From contig NC_069004.1 of NCBI RefSeq assembly GCF_001194135.2, positions 22,769,655 to 22,833,654 of the forward strand: a stretch of DNA of 64,000 nucleotides, in the 5' to 3' direction. The position numbers and the translations under genes were made by a program. Below the pieces are notes generated by a model. That model had not been told where the DNA came from, did not search any database, and was given only the letters and a program-made list of their open reading frames with translations. This DNA is from Octopus bimaculoides. Taxonomy: Eukaryota. Positions 1 through 12,587 of the stretch are shown here, one piece after another (position 1 is the stretch's first letter; each line of letters starts with the position of its first letter).

Positions 1-190
1 GCAGTGAACTGGCAAAATGCTTAGTGGTATTTTGTCTGTCTTTGTGTTCTGAGTTCAAATTCCGCTGAGGTCAACTTTGCCTTTCATCCTTTTGGGGTCG
101 ATAAAATAAGTACCAGTTATGTACTTGGGTCGATATAATTGACTATCCCCTTCCCCAAAATTTCAGGTCCTATGCCTATAGTAGAAAGGA
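1..190 (+). mobile_element. tRNA-derived short SINE (family B, about 200 bp, OR/CORE-like), 5' part cut by the window edge
   Basis: B-box gagttcaaattcc and central ctttgcctttcatccttttggggtcgataaaataagtaccag. The same consensus recurs more than 15 times, e.g. about 5653-5835, 6045-6255, 23635-23835, 26515-26725(-), 47505-47930, 54200-54665, 55690-55890(-). Confidence 0.85.
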
Positions 191-1290
191 CTGTTATTAA
201 TATTATTATGCATGGCCGTCAGCTTGGCAAGCCACACTTGACTCTGCTCTGTAAGTTTTTTAAGTGAAACCACAGGTAGCTGTTGTCTTCAGTTTTGGAA
301 TTTGTACTATCATGGAAAGCAAATTTTTTTGTACTGATAGGTGAGTTTCCTTGTCTGTGTTGTCCCCCAATCTTAGGGGACATTTCAATTTAATTTTGTG
401 TTGTAAAACTTTTTGATTTTCCATGGAGATGGGGAGAGAGTGAGGAGCATCATCAAGACATAGTGAATGAAAGAGGGAGTGAGTGTGGTACAACCCCATT
501 GGAAAAAGGACAAATGACAAGCCTGCTTTTAACACAATTGACATTGTAATTGTTCACAAGGCATTGAAAACCAACTCTATCAACAACTGTAGCAACAGCA
601 ATAACACTCCAGCTTCAAATCTCGATTTCTTGCAAAGCTTCTGGTGTAAAACTTTTACAACTTGTTATGCCTCTACTTCTGATATTCTTCCTGTGCCAAT
701 TTGGGACGTTCTGCTACAATGTGTGCTACCGTCTTGTTCCAAGTTCCACAGACTACATCTTTCTGATACATTCTCCCCATACACATTTTTCCTTGAGTCA
801 TTTTTATCACTAAATCCTGGGCTGCTACAGTTAAGCTCTCTGTTTCTTTTTTTAATTGCCCTTTTTTTAACTAAGCCCAGGATTTTGTTCCACATAGATC
901 TAGGGTGGCTCTCCAAAACTGACCATGCAGAGGTTTCTCTTCAATCTTTCTAACATGCTCCCTTTGTATTTCATTCTTGTTCTTTTCTCCTATTCCACAC
1001 TTGATTACATTTTCCTTATTCACTGTCTTTAGTAGTTTCTCTGTGTTGTTCTGTTAATATTCTAGTAAGCTTTTTCCTTCCATCTGTACACACTTTTCCA
1101 TGGCAGTTGAGCTTTTTTCCACCCTGCTCTCTTTTCAGGTACGGCCGATTGATATCAGCTTTTGGATGCTGGGCTGCATACATTGTCAACAATCTGATTA
1201 GGCATACAGCTGGTGCATTTATTGCTTCAATAACACATTTTGAATTCAGCTCTTACAGCAATAATTTTCTCACTCTTCTTGTATACTCTC

Positions 1291-1705
1291 TACTCTTTTA
1301 CTTGTTTCAGTCATTTGACTGTGGCCATGCTGGAGCACCGCCTTTAGTCGAACAAATCAACCCCAGGACTTATTCGTTGTAAGCCTGGTACTTATTCTAT
1401 CAGTCTCTTTTGCCAAACCGTTAAGTTACAGGGACATAAACACACCAACATCGGTTGTCAAGTGATGTTGGGGGGGACAAACACAGACACAAACATATAC
1501 ATATATACATATACATATATACAATGGACTTCTTTCAGTTTCCTTCTACTAAATCCACTCACAAGGCTTTGGTCGGCCCGAGGCTATAGTAGAAGACACT
1601 TGCCCAAGGTACCACGCAGTGTGACTGAACCCGGAACCATGTGGTTGGTAAGCAAGCTACTTACCACACAGCCACTCCTGCGCCTGGTAATTTGTTTCAA
1701 TTAAA
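1291..1705 (-). mobile_element. tRNA-derived SINE family A (about 410 bp, octopus OK/OR-like), near full length
   Basis: Reverse complement starts ggcgcaggagtggctgtgtggtaag (A-box) with B-box ggttcagtc, has an internal (TA/TG)n, and ends in a gtaaaagag tail. Many sister copies in the window. The family name is tentative. Confidence 0.85.
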
Positions 1706-1789
1706 AAAATGTGAACAGTATGTACAAGACTTTCAAGCTGTTTCTCATTTTGCACATAAATATTTATATCATCCATAAAAAAGAGATGA

Positions 1790-3000
1790 TTTTTGTCCTT
1801 CTCCCAAATCGTAAGCTATTTTAACTTTTCATAATATCAAACTGAGTGGTATCATGGCCAATACAAATAGTAATAGAGATAAGCTATCACCTTGAAATAT
1901 TCCATGTTTGATGTTCACTTTTCCAAGTCTTTGTTTTCCTCCAATCAATTCAGTATTCCAATGTTTCATATTTTCATTAACCATTTTCTCCATATTTTCT
2001 GCCAATCCAAACATGCTTAGTGTTTTACTTATCCAACTGTGTGGTACCGTGTCATGCTTTTTTGTAATCTAACCATGTTACATTCAGTCCCATCAATTTT
2101 CATCTACAATTTCTAATTGTCATTTTATCAACTAATAAGTGGTCTTTTGTTGCCCTACTTTGTTTCCTGTAACCTGTCTGCTCTTCTGGAAGTTGATTGT
2201 TACTTTCTAGATGATTATATTGCTTTCCCACCAAGACAGTAGTCATAAGCTTCCACATAAGTGGTAAACAGGTTATAAGTCAAAAATTTGATGCCAAGTT
2301 ACCTTTCAAGGGATCCTTGAGGCATAACAGCATTTGTCCACTTGTTATCCAGGTAGGGATGTGACCTTGCTGCAGGCATTCATCCACTTCTGCAGTGATC
2401 CTTTCATGCAACTGTGTAAAGTTCTTCAGCCAGTAGCTTTGTACTCCATCCAGACCAGATATTTTCCAATTTGCTATTTTTTTAAACTTCAGATCGGTTC
2501 TGATGTCCTTTTGTCTTGGCACAGTTGCAAATTGTCTTTCCACCTTTGTTAGCCACTCTGCACTTTCTTTATATCTCATTGGGCTGTTCCACTGTTCTCC
2601 CCAAAATATTTTACATTCTTCTGCATCAGAAACCATTTCCTGATGTTTCCTATTTCCTCAAAGAGTTGCCTTCTATTTGATTGGAACAGTCTATCCTGTT
2701 CAAAACCTTTGCATCTAGCATCATATCTTTTCGGTTTGGCCTTTAATGTTGTCACCCTTTGTGACAATCCTTCGTGTATTGTTTGCTTTCCTCTTTCTTC
2801 TAACCTGTGCTGTCCATTCAATTTTCTCATTACTACCTCGTTATTATTATTATTTTGGTTTGGCTCAGTTTCAGTCTTCTTCCTGGTAGGAATTTATTGC
2901 CAATGACAAGGCCCAAGAAGGCCAAAAATGCATTTGGTGTTCTCATTAGCCACTGCTGGAACAGTTTTTCATATCCTTCTATTATATATTCTGTTTTTAA
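1790..3000 (-). mobile_element. Decayed Dong/R4-clade (RLE) non-LTR retrotransposon, pre-RT and RT fragment
   Basis: ORF fragments NWKISGLDGVQSYWLKNFTQLHER and GIFQGDSLSLLLFVLAMIPLS (R4/Dong RT motif GIFQGDSLSPL). Several stops and frameshifts. Confidence 0.75.
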
Positions 3001-3102
3001 CACTGTATGACTATAAGAGATTTTATCTTGGATGAAAATTACAGTATCTTGCCTGTTAATGGTGTATATACTTTAAGTATGATGCATAGATAGTTATTCT
3101 AA

Positions 3103-3930
3103 TTTAATGCTTCAGTGAGCATCCATGTTTTAGCCCCGTATAGACGAACAGACTCCACTGTTGCCAGAAACAACCTCACTTTCAATTTCTTTGTTAACTT
3201 TGAACTCCATACCTTTCTCAATTTATGGCTTGCACTCCAGGCAAGAGCTTTCCTTGCTACAATCTCTTTTTCAGTACTTTGTGTCCATGCACCAAAGTAT
3301 TTGAAATTTTCATCTACCTTCAGTGACTTACCATGTCTCACTTTCACTGACACAGGCATTTTGTGGCTGAATACTTGCAACTCTGTTTTGTTTGCATTAC
3401 AGTACAATCCCTGATTCCTGCTCTAATCTGTTCAGCCCCTCCTGTGCCTGATCTGTCCTCTCTGTTAGTAATGCCAGGTCATCAGCATAGTCTAGGTCAG
3501 TTACTGTTACTGCTTGATGCTGCCTATGCAGTTTGAATCTCAGTTCTTCTTCCTTGCCCTCGTACATTCTATGCATTGAAGAAGCATTGAAGAAGCAGTT
3601 GGACGGTTGTTATTCAAGAATGCTTAGAATGGCACTCAATGTCTCCTGGAAGAGTCATACAACAAACGCTGACTTATACCAGGGACTACCAAAAGTAACA
3701 TTGAAGATACAGCATAGAAGGATGAGGCTAGCTGGACATTACATCAGACAGACCGATGAAATTGCGAACAAGCTAGTGCTCTGGCAACCAACAGAAGGAA
3801 GAACCAGGAGAGGTAGGAGGAAGACGACCTATCATGACAACTTGCAGGAAGATACTGGTATGGAAGGGGTACAGGAGCTGAGGACCATTATGGACGATCA
3901 GAATGAGTTTCTTAAAATAGGTGATATTTT
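3103..3930. mobile_element. RTE-like LINE fragment with inverted 5' segment (3103 to about 3570 minus; 3581-3930 plus)
   Basis: Minus: TDLDYADDLA ... NFKYFG ... VESVRLYGAKTWMLTEAL. Plus: EALKKQLDGCYSRMLRMALNVSW ... RRMRLAGH ... WQPTEGRTRRGR. Confidence 0.82.
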
Positions 3931-4159
3931 ATAAGTTTCCCAGAATTTCTTGATAAAACTATGTAGTAGACTGCTAAAAGATTTTTTTATGGTCTATCCA
4001 AGCTATTCATCAGTTTTTGTGCTGGTTGTGGCAATCTTCCAAAATAACCTTTTTGATGAGAGGCGGAACTATAGAACGCACATTTCCAGCCTTGACGAGA
4101 AGCTGATCTTTACAAGCATAGGACTCGTGTTTACAAGCCTTTATAATAATTATTTCTAC

Positions 4160-4362
4160 TCTAGGCACAAGGCTGCGAAAATTTTTAAGAAAGGGGGCCA
4201 GTCAATCATATCAACCCCCAATGTGTAACTGGTACTTATTTCATTGACCCCGAAAGGATGAAAGGCAAAGTTAACCTCAGCAGAATTTAAACTCAGAACA
4301 TAGTGGCAGATAAAATGCCGCTTAGCATTTTGCCCGGCATGCTAATGATTCTGCCAGCTCAC
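4160..4362 (-). mobile_element. SINE family B copy
   Basis: Reverse complement of the family B consensus (gaaaggatgaaaggcaaagttaacctc...ctgccagctcacc). Confidence 0.8.
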
Positions 4363-4386
4363 CAGCTTACAAGCCTTTATAATAAT

Positions 4387-4418
<32 letters not shown>

Positions 4419-4424
4419 CATGCT

Positions 4425-5030
4425 GATTTTGTTAGTGGCTATCTCTTAGGTAACAGTTTGGGTGTTATACCAAGTGTACCAATTACCACAAGAATAATTG
4501 TCATCTTAGTCTTCCAAAATGTTTTCAACTCTCTGGCTAGATCCTGATATTTCTCAGTTTCTTTAGTCTCCACTCTCTTGTCATATAGTATTGTAATGTC
4601 TACGATCTTACATTGGTTTTTGGCCCCTACAATCATATCTGGTCTTTATTATCTTGTTTAATTATTGTGCTTTTTGTAATATTTATTTTGTATTTTATCA
4701 CAATTTTCAATCCATCTTTTGTATCCACCTTCCATTTGTCCAATCCCACATACTTTTTTTGTAAATCCTGTGATGATGATGATGGTGGTGGTGGTGGTGA
4801 TTATTATTATTATTTTGTTTTTGGATTTGGTTTGCAAGATTCTTTATGTGAGTTCGTGTGTTGAAGCATATTCTGTTGTGTCTGGGGAGAGTCATTCTCT
4901 TTTGGTGCCTTATAATTTAACACACTCACCAGTAAAATTTCCACACATTTCTTTTTTATTTTTCTAAAATTTTCGTTGCATCTTGCAACCTTTTCAATAG
5001 TTTTGACTCTGTCCGTTACTCACACTGCGT
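4425..5030 (-). mobile_element. Dong/R4-clade fragment encoding the restriction-like endonuclease
   Basis: KPDMIV...IVDITILYDKRVETKETEKYQDLARELKTFWKTKMTIILVVIGTLG is the typical RLE C-terminus. Interrupted by (GAT/GGT/ATT)n. Confidence 0.75.
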
Positions 5031-5406
5031 TCCTTTTTGTTTGTTTGTGCACATGTATGTGGGTCAGTGTGTGTGTGTGTGTGTGTGTAGGCCTATGCAT
5101 GCACGTATGTATGCATAGGCAACTATGTACCATGTTTGTATGTATGGATGTGCATCTCTATATGTGTGGACATGTGTCTGCATATGTGTCCTTGTGTGAA
5201 GTAAAGTGTGTGTGTATACATGGTGATGTGTTTCAGTCTTCATTTGCGTATGTGTGCTTGTCTGTTCCTATAACCTATGTACCTATCTGTCTGTATGCTG
5301 ATTTGTTCATTTTCATATCCATATGCTATGCTTACATACATGTGCATATACATATATATATACATACACCCACCCCCACACACACATACATACATCTATC
5401 TACATA

Positions 5407-5453
<47 letters not shown>

Positions 5454-5852
5454 ATTCATACACCCACACATACATACATCTATCTACATAACAGCCCACT
5501 AACTATTCTACTCTACATGTGTAAACTGTGGGTATAGGGGTATGGGGGGGGGGTATGATATCTACTATGCATATTTCCTATTTGGCCTTGTGCCAAAATC
5601 TGAAATCGTTATAATTGTTGTTGTTATTGTTGTTATTGCTATTATTATTAAGACAGTGAATTGGCAGACTTGTTAGAGTATAGATCTCTGCATTCTAAGA
5701 TCAAATCCTGCAAGGATTAACATTGCCTTTCTTCGCTCTAGGGTTGATAAAGTAAAGTACCAGTGAAGTACTGTGTCATTATGATCAGCTATCCACCTCC
5801 CTTGAAACTTACTGACTTTGTGCCTAAATTAGACACCATTGTTTTGTTTCTG

Positions 5853-5892
<40 letters not shown>

Positions 5893-6789
5893 GTTTTCGA
5901 CAGTTTTATACATATTCCCTGTGCATTACCTGGTACACCTCCATATTCCTGAGGTATGTGCAACATTATCTTTTGGAGATCTGGGATTGCGTGTTGTGTT
6001 ACTATTATTGAATGTTGTGTTGTTACTATCGTTATTATTGAGTAAGTTGGTGAGCTGACAGAATCATTAGAACACTGGGCAAAATGCTTAGCAGTATTTC
6101 GTCCATTGTCACATTCTTAGTTCAAATTCTGCTGAGGGTGACTTTGCTTTCATCCTTTTGGGGTCAATAAAATTAGTATCAGTTGAACACTGGGTCAGTG
6201 TAATCGACCTTCCCCCTTCTCCAAACCTAGCCTTGTGCCAAAATTTGAGACCATTATTATTTATTATTATTGAATGACAACTATGCTGAATAGAGGTTAT
6301 GTTAGTTGCTCATATTCGGTTTTGATTATGTAAGATTATTTAAGAGTAAGGCTAATTTAGGGTGTTAAACAATAACAACATCAACCACAAGATTTTTCAG
6401 TAGCAGTGCTACAGTATCTGGAATATAAATATTTGACAGTTATATTTGTGTTAAGAGTAGATTTTAAGATTTTCCCCACCTTTCTTTTCCACTTACATAC
6501 TGCTGTTAACCATCTGTTTTGAAATTCTTATTCACATTTCCTACGTTATTTATAAAATGACATCCTTTGTTTTTAAACAGTGTTCAACTTTTGGATTAAA
6601 TTTGAGATTTTAAGCTAAATGATATCAAATATCATAAACATGGGTTTTGAGCCAGAAAAGAACAACAGACCCACTTATGGAATGTCACATATCACACTAT
6701 ATATCTATCCTGGCAGTCTCGATTCTTTCTCTTTCCTTCCCTCTCTGTATATCTATCTGTTTATCTATTTGTCTATATATATTTATATT

Positions 6790-7770
6790 CATCATTTGAC
6801 ATCTGTTTTCCATGTTGGCATGGGCCGGATGCTTTGACAGGGTCTGACCTCCAATATTAGTTTTAGTGTGGTTTCTACAGCTAGATGCTCTAATGCCAAC
6901 CACTTTACAGTGTGTGCTTGGTGCTTATTTCATGCCACCAGCATTAATGAGCTCACCAAGAAACTTGCAAGACAGAAGAAAACAGAAAAAATACAAAAAA
7001 CCCCAAAAATAAGTAGGTGGGGGTGAGGGTAGCATGTGAAAAGGCGAGTTGGCTTTATGCCAGGGTTTGAGAGGCTGAAGTTATGGTAGAGGGACAGGGA
7101 CAGGTCTTGCTTTTGGAGATATAGGAGTACTCCACATTATAAAAGGGTGGGTGAGAGTAGCTGGGAAAATGATAAAGATGGCAGTGATGGGGTACCAGAG
7201 CAAACTCTCAAGGTACAAGAACAGTGAATCAAGGGATGAAGGAGAGGGAGAGTAGTTTTGTGAGAGTGTGAGAGAGGAATAATAGATGGTTAGAGATAGG
7301 GGTAGCGGTAATGTAGTGAGTGATGAACAAGGTGCAGTTGGTGAGAAATGGAGAGGCAGGTAAGGCAAGTGGCTCAGGAAAAAAAATAGATCAGAAGGTA
7401 AGGGGATGATGTGCAAAGCAGTGGGGAGGGGATGTAGGGATACATAAGGGGTGGCTAGTGAGTGGGGCCTGATATGAGAGAAAGCATTGAGAAAGATAGC
7501 AGATATGTGGGGTGTTAGATGGTGCATGGCAGAGGGGAGAAGTCACTGGTAACACAGAAAGGAAGAGGTCTGTGAAAATAGTGTAGGAAGGGAAGATAAG
7601 GAGACTAAGGAATGGAAGTGGTTCCAATGGGGGAAGGTAACTGATAGTTCAAAGAAAGAGTAGGGGAGTAATGTGTGCCAATTCTACTCCTAAATGATTA
7701 CAGTTGCTGAGTAGTGCCATAGATAGAGGAGTGATGGAAGGCTGGGTTTTAAGAATATGAGATGTGGGGA
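6790..7770 (-). mobile_element. Interspersed repeat with RTE-type 3' tail and purine-rich body
   Basis: catcatttgacatctgttttccatgttggcatggg at about 6790 is the reverse complement of a tail shared with copies near 20864, 24790, 41570 and 51050 (minus) and 14870, 22410, 26470, 52320 (plus). Confidence 0.55.
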
Positions 7771-8429
7771 ATGCTTGATGAGGTAGAATGGACTACAAGA
7801 ATAAAAAGAATGCTTTTTTGCTGTGGTGGATGCGTCTTCTCAAGCACAACAAATCACCAATCATCTCAGTCCTTTGTCGTCTCCTCCATGAAGCTCAGCA
7901 TCTTAATTTCAGTCCTCACTACTTCAGCCTATGTCTTCTTCAAATAAACCACACCTACCATCTTAAAAAGGAAATGGCATGGCCATTGCCATCCTAGATA
8001 TACAAAAAAAACAAAAACAAAAACAAACAAAAAAACTATTGATCATAGATGGAACATCATTAAGGATATGTCTCCAGGTCAGAAATAAATGATAACAAGA
8101 ATTATCTTAATTCTTTTGAATTAAGTAAGTTTCAGGAACATTTGGCTATTGTTTCTTGAAGGTCAAGCAACTATGTAGAGATTGCCTGTTTGGCTACTAC
8201 CAAGATCTACAAATATACAGAAACAGACTGGACAGTGGAAGGTGTGCAGCATACTGAGATTGCAATACTTCATTATAATTAACCATATCATCATCATCAT
8301 CACCATATAAATGTCTTTCCATATTGGCTTGAGTTGGACATTGGTGTCTTTCCACCTGTTGTCATCATTCATCATCTCATACAGACAACACCAGAGAAAG
8401 CCATTCATCATTGTTGCTTCATATTTCAT

Positions 8430-9260
8430 ATGGCTTAGCTTAGTTTTGCTTCATGCTCTTGCTTGATAGAACTGGGTTCATTCCAAGTTAGTGGTCCCAA
8501 AGGTGTCATCATGTGTAGAGTCAACCAGGTCCACCAGTGCTCTCCATCACTGGTGGTCCCATGCCAGCCCCTCTGCATCCTCCAAGGTGACATCATGTCC
8601 AGCCATCTGGTGTGGGACCTGCTACGAGGCCTCTTCCAGCCCACTCCTGCTGTGTCAAATGAAGGTAAAGCCCTGGTAAGATGATCTAGCAGGAGATGGA
8701 GGATGTGTCCATACCAGTGCATGTGACAGATAGCTATAAGGTGAAGAGGACTGGACCGATGTTTTGTAGATACGGAACTTTGTCTTCTGGGAGATAGTGC
8801 AGGGGTGCCAGAGGGGCTTCCATAAGAAGTGCATGACCCAGGTGGACAGACCACATCTGCAGTTGATCTCTGGGATCAAGCCTTCATTGTTGGTGACTAT
8901 GGAATTTAGGTAGATGAAGAAGAGGACAAACTTCATGATGTTAGGACCAATATGGAGAGGGGGAGAGTCCAGGCCTTCTCTGACATGCATCAGCTTGGTC
9001 TGCACCCAACTCACCTGAAGGCCAAACTTTGCTGATTCTTCTCTGTAAATGGTCAGTGTGTACTTGAGCTGGTCACTCAAGTTGTTGAATAGGGGGTATT
9101 GTCCACATACCCATAGTCAGTATTGTCATAGTTCCCAAAGGTAATGCCAGAGTCTCGATAATCGTTGAAGAGATCGGAGGCAGCCACGCAGCTCCTTCTA
9201 ACCTTGCTGTTGATGGGGAACCAGTCAGAGTCCTTCCCATTCATCTGCATGCAGCTATTG
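8430..9260 (-). mobile_element. Decayed RTE-clade LINE, RT and 3' fragment
   Basis: WFPINSKVRRSCVAASDLFN, ESAKFGLQVSWVQTK, KTKFRIYKTSV, WYGHIL...WKRPRSRSHTRWLD. Confidence 0.8.
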
Positions 9261-9790
9261 AATAAACCAACATGGAAAAAACATGCATAAAATGGTGGTG
9301 GTAACGATGATGAAGATGGTGGGGATAATGGTGGTGGTAATGGCAATAGTGTGAGGATGATGATGTGGGGGTAATGGTGGTGTTATGGGGTGGGGGTAAT
9401 GAGGAGGAGGATGGGGGAGAGTGATTTTGCTGCTGACAATGAGTATGAGGATGATAAAGATATACCTTTTATACATGGTGCAGTGTTGCAGTCTGTGTTG
9501 TACATTTTTCACAGTCTAAATACATTTTCTTGTGCTATTGTCAGTATTAAAAAATCATAATAGAAAGCCATTTAGTGCAATATTAATTTTCATTTTATTA
9601 AACGAGGGACCCATTGTGCTCACTTTCAAGTAAAGCAATGTAGTCATCCATAAAACAATATATTTTGCTGAAATATATTGTTTTATGGCTGGATATTTTG
9701 TTTTACTTAAATATGAAAACAATAGAATCTTCCTATAATGAAATAAAAAAAATGCTACACCAACCAGTTCTGTTCTCTATTATTAATTTT

Positions 9791-9792
<2 letters not shown>

Positions 9793-9888
<96 letters not shown>

Positions 9889-9892
9889 ACAC
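9793..9892. repeat. Compound (TC)n(CA)n microsatellite
   Basis: Directly visible. Confidence 0.97.
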
Positions 9893-10168
9893 ATGCATCA
9901 ATGCTCAGTTCTAAGTGTCTTCTATTCATAATAGTTTTCCAAGCCATAATAGAAGAATTCAAGCTGCTGGCCTTTGGAATATGTCTAAAGAAAGACCAGG
10001 GAATCTGCCACTCCCAGCTGTTGGATGGCTGTTGACTCTACTGAGTTCATCTGCCCTTTCATAGGCTTTGTATTTCATTCTCCTAGGGGTTCAATAAAAA
10101 CCACCACTCCTTACTAAGCAGGCTTTGTATCATTGCCAGTTTAGTTGTCAGGGGCCCTACCATGCTAC

Positions 10169-10230
10169 ATTGAGCAGGAGTTCAATGAAACTTTTGTAAT
10201 TACAAAAGTTTCATTGAACTCCTGCTCAAT
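10169..10230. repeat. Perfect 62-bp palindrome (31-bp arms, no spacer)
   Basis: attgagcaggagttcaatgaaacttttgtaa | ttacaaaagtttcattgaactcctgctcaat. Confidence 0.97.
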
Positions 10231-10267
10231 ATTTTCCTCAAACTTTTTCTTTATTTTTTTTTTGTAG

Positions 10268-10335
10268 ATTTCGTAGACCATTTCAATGGCAGATACTATG
10301 TCGGGATCAGTGCTTTTGTAAGAGTACAACTTAAG
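10268..10335 (+). CDS. RAD52: RAD52 coding exon, N-terminal DNA-binding/annealing domain: (D)[22 protein letters not shown]
   Basis: Poly-T tract and TAG acceptor at 10265-10267; GTAAG donor at 10336. Translation matches the RAD52 segment [23 protein letters not shown] as I recall it for human. 68 bp, phase 1 in, phase 0 out. Confidence 0.96.
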
Positions 10336-10594
10336 GTAAGATATTGGATGCAGAAGCTCTTGCCATTTAAATCATTCATTGTTCAAGGTTCAAATTTATG
10401 ACCAGTAACAACTGAACCATGAGTGCTGAGAATAGATGCAGGTGTGTATAAATGCACATGTGTGCACACATGTGTGGTGAGTGTTTATGTGTGTGTGAAG
10501 GTTTATGGCAAACAACTAATGATTAGATACATGTCTTACATGCCTTTGATAGTTCAGATGATGGACATTTGTGTCAACAGTTGTTCATTTACAC

Positions 10595-10951
10595 CAGTGG
10601 TTCTCAACCACTTTTTACCTATGGGCCCTTTTGATTACTATTTTCTTCTGCTGGACCCCTGTAGCCATTTGATGTTTAAAAAATAGTCTTATAGAAACTT
10701 CTTTAAAAATTCCTATTTTCCAAAATTCGTTTATTCGTATTCACATATTCACTTGTGTGAGTTGAACTACGTAAAATGTTGGAGAAAGAAACCAAGCTAT
10801 TTCTTGCAATAAATAAATCTAAAGCAAAGTTTTTTCTTGAACCCTTAGTATACTACTGTAGATCCTCATTTCACTATTTTGCTTGCATGGGCCCCCAAAA
10901 ATCTTATATGGACCTTCATGGGGTCATGTGGACCCAAGTTGAGAACCACTG
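10595..10951. mobile_element. hAT (Charlie-like) MITE, 357 bp
   Basis: Terminal inverted repeats CAGTGGTTCTCAAC ... GTTGAGAACCACTG. The 8-bp TSD is only partly preserved (atttacac / acacacac). A related end fragment lies at 32465-32590. Confidence 0.85.
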
Positions 10952-11580
10952 ACACACACACACATTCATACTCATACTTTCACACACTGGGAATTTAGTT
11001 TTTTTAAGATGCAGACCATATTTGTTAAATAGGTGAAGTTGGGTATAGACAATGCACAAGCTAGGCTGATTGCCATTGGTCAAGACAAGTCAGGTGCCCA
11101 AATATGTAGCTGACTGTAAATAACATTATTGCTAGAGAGATTGCTATGGTGCAAGGGAAGCTATCCAGTTCATACACGACATCAAAGATAGCAACTTTCC
11201 AATATTTGTTGAATCAGTTGGTTGTGGATTTGAATTGTGGTTTTCAGATACAATAAATTTTTCAACAGCTTTAATGTTACGATCAGTATATCTACCTAGA
11301 AAACATCACTTTCCAGGTTATATAAAGAAATGAAAACACACAGTTAAACACCTTTCACCGCAACTGACAGCTTGTATTCCAGAAACTCTCAGCTGTATTG
11401 ATTATAGCCAAGCAACAATGATAATATTCTTTATCTGCCACACATTTTGTTGCCTGTTTTGCTTTGATCAATGACAAGTGACTTAGCCAATGTGTAGCTG
11501 AAACAGTCATCCAGTCACCAAATATTACCTGAACAAGTGTACATGTATACTCATTTCATTTTTATTGCTACATTTTGCAG

Positions 11581-11699
11581 GATGGAGTTTATCATGAAGA
11601 TATTGGGTATGGTGTAAGCGAAGGTATGAAATCAAAGGCTCTTAGTATTGAGAAAGCAAGGAAGGAAGCAGTCACGGATGGTTTGAAGAGAGCTTTAAA
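11581..11699 (+). CDS. RAD52: RAD52 coding exon: [39 protein letters not shown](K)
   Basis: ttttgcag acceptor and GTGAGT donor. Contains the hallmark Rad52 motif HEDxGYG...[15 protein letters not shown]. 119 bp, phase 0 in, phase 2 out. Confidence 0.98.
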
Positions 11700-11733
11700 G
11701 TGAGTGAAAGACAAGTGGTTATAACCTAATTTA

Positions 11734-12564
11734 TTATTACCTCCACCTTAGTGAAGGCAGAGGTATTGTTTTCAGTTTGTTTGTTTCTCTATGGACAAGA
11801 TATCTCAAGAACCACTGGATGGATTCAGATAAAACTTTCAGAAATGTTTGGCTTTGTGACTGGCATAAACTGATTAGATTTTGGGATCGATCCAGTACCA
11901 GTCAAGGATTCTGGATTATTTTTCCAGTTTTTTTACTTAATTTTTTATTATTCTCATTTGTGAAGGCAGTCAAGTTTATTACTTCTGCCTTAACGAAGGC
12001 AGAGGTATTGTTTTCAGTCACGTTTGTTTGTTTGTCTATGGACAAGATATCTCAAGAACCGCTGAATGGATTCAGATGAAACTTTCCAGGATGTTTGGCC
12101 TCATGACTGGCACAAACTGATTAGATTTTGAGATTAATACATTACCAGACAAGAATTCTGGATTATTTGTTATATCTACTTTACATGATTATGATCTTAT
12201 GTTAACTTTCAAGTCTTTCTCAATTATCTCCCTTTAAGCTGTAAGTATTTTAAATGGTGAATTTGTTAATTTTGGCTTGTATTAGATAAGGATAAACTAT
12301 TTTATAACTAAAGTTTCTACAGCCATCTTCACATTCCATGACTACCATTGGGATCAATCAGGTACCAGACAAGGATTCTGGATTATTTTTCTTTTATTTT
12401 TACTTAATTTTTGAGAGTGGTCAGGTTCGTTTTTAGTATTCTCGTTTGTGAGAGCAGTTGAGTTTATTTCAGATATTCTCATTTTAAAAATCATTTCTGG
12501 CTAATCGTTGAGAGGACATTGGTGTTGCCTTGGCAAAGGTTTGCCCTCTCTGAGTTCTCTTGTT
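11734..12564 (+). mobile_element. Non-autonomous Helentron-type (HINE/DINE-1-like) element with internal head duplication
   Basis: Starts ttattacctccacc...gaggtattgttttc...(GTTT)n and ends ccttggcaaaggtttgccctctctgagttctcttgtt. The roughly 240-bp head is repeated at about 11978-12170. Class assignment rests on resemblance of the end structure. Confidence 0.6.
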
Positions 12565-12587
12565 ACTATTATTATCATTATCATTAA

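Noticed and set aside
250-1100. ORFs 260-544, 483-953 and 665-916
   Set aside because: No recognisable motif; probably a very old LINE remnant that I cannot classify.
1-10267. Search for upstream RAD52 exons (YIEG...NxANExFGxNGW motif)
   Set aside because: No matching frame with splice sites seen by eye; they probably lie upstream of the window.
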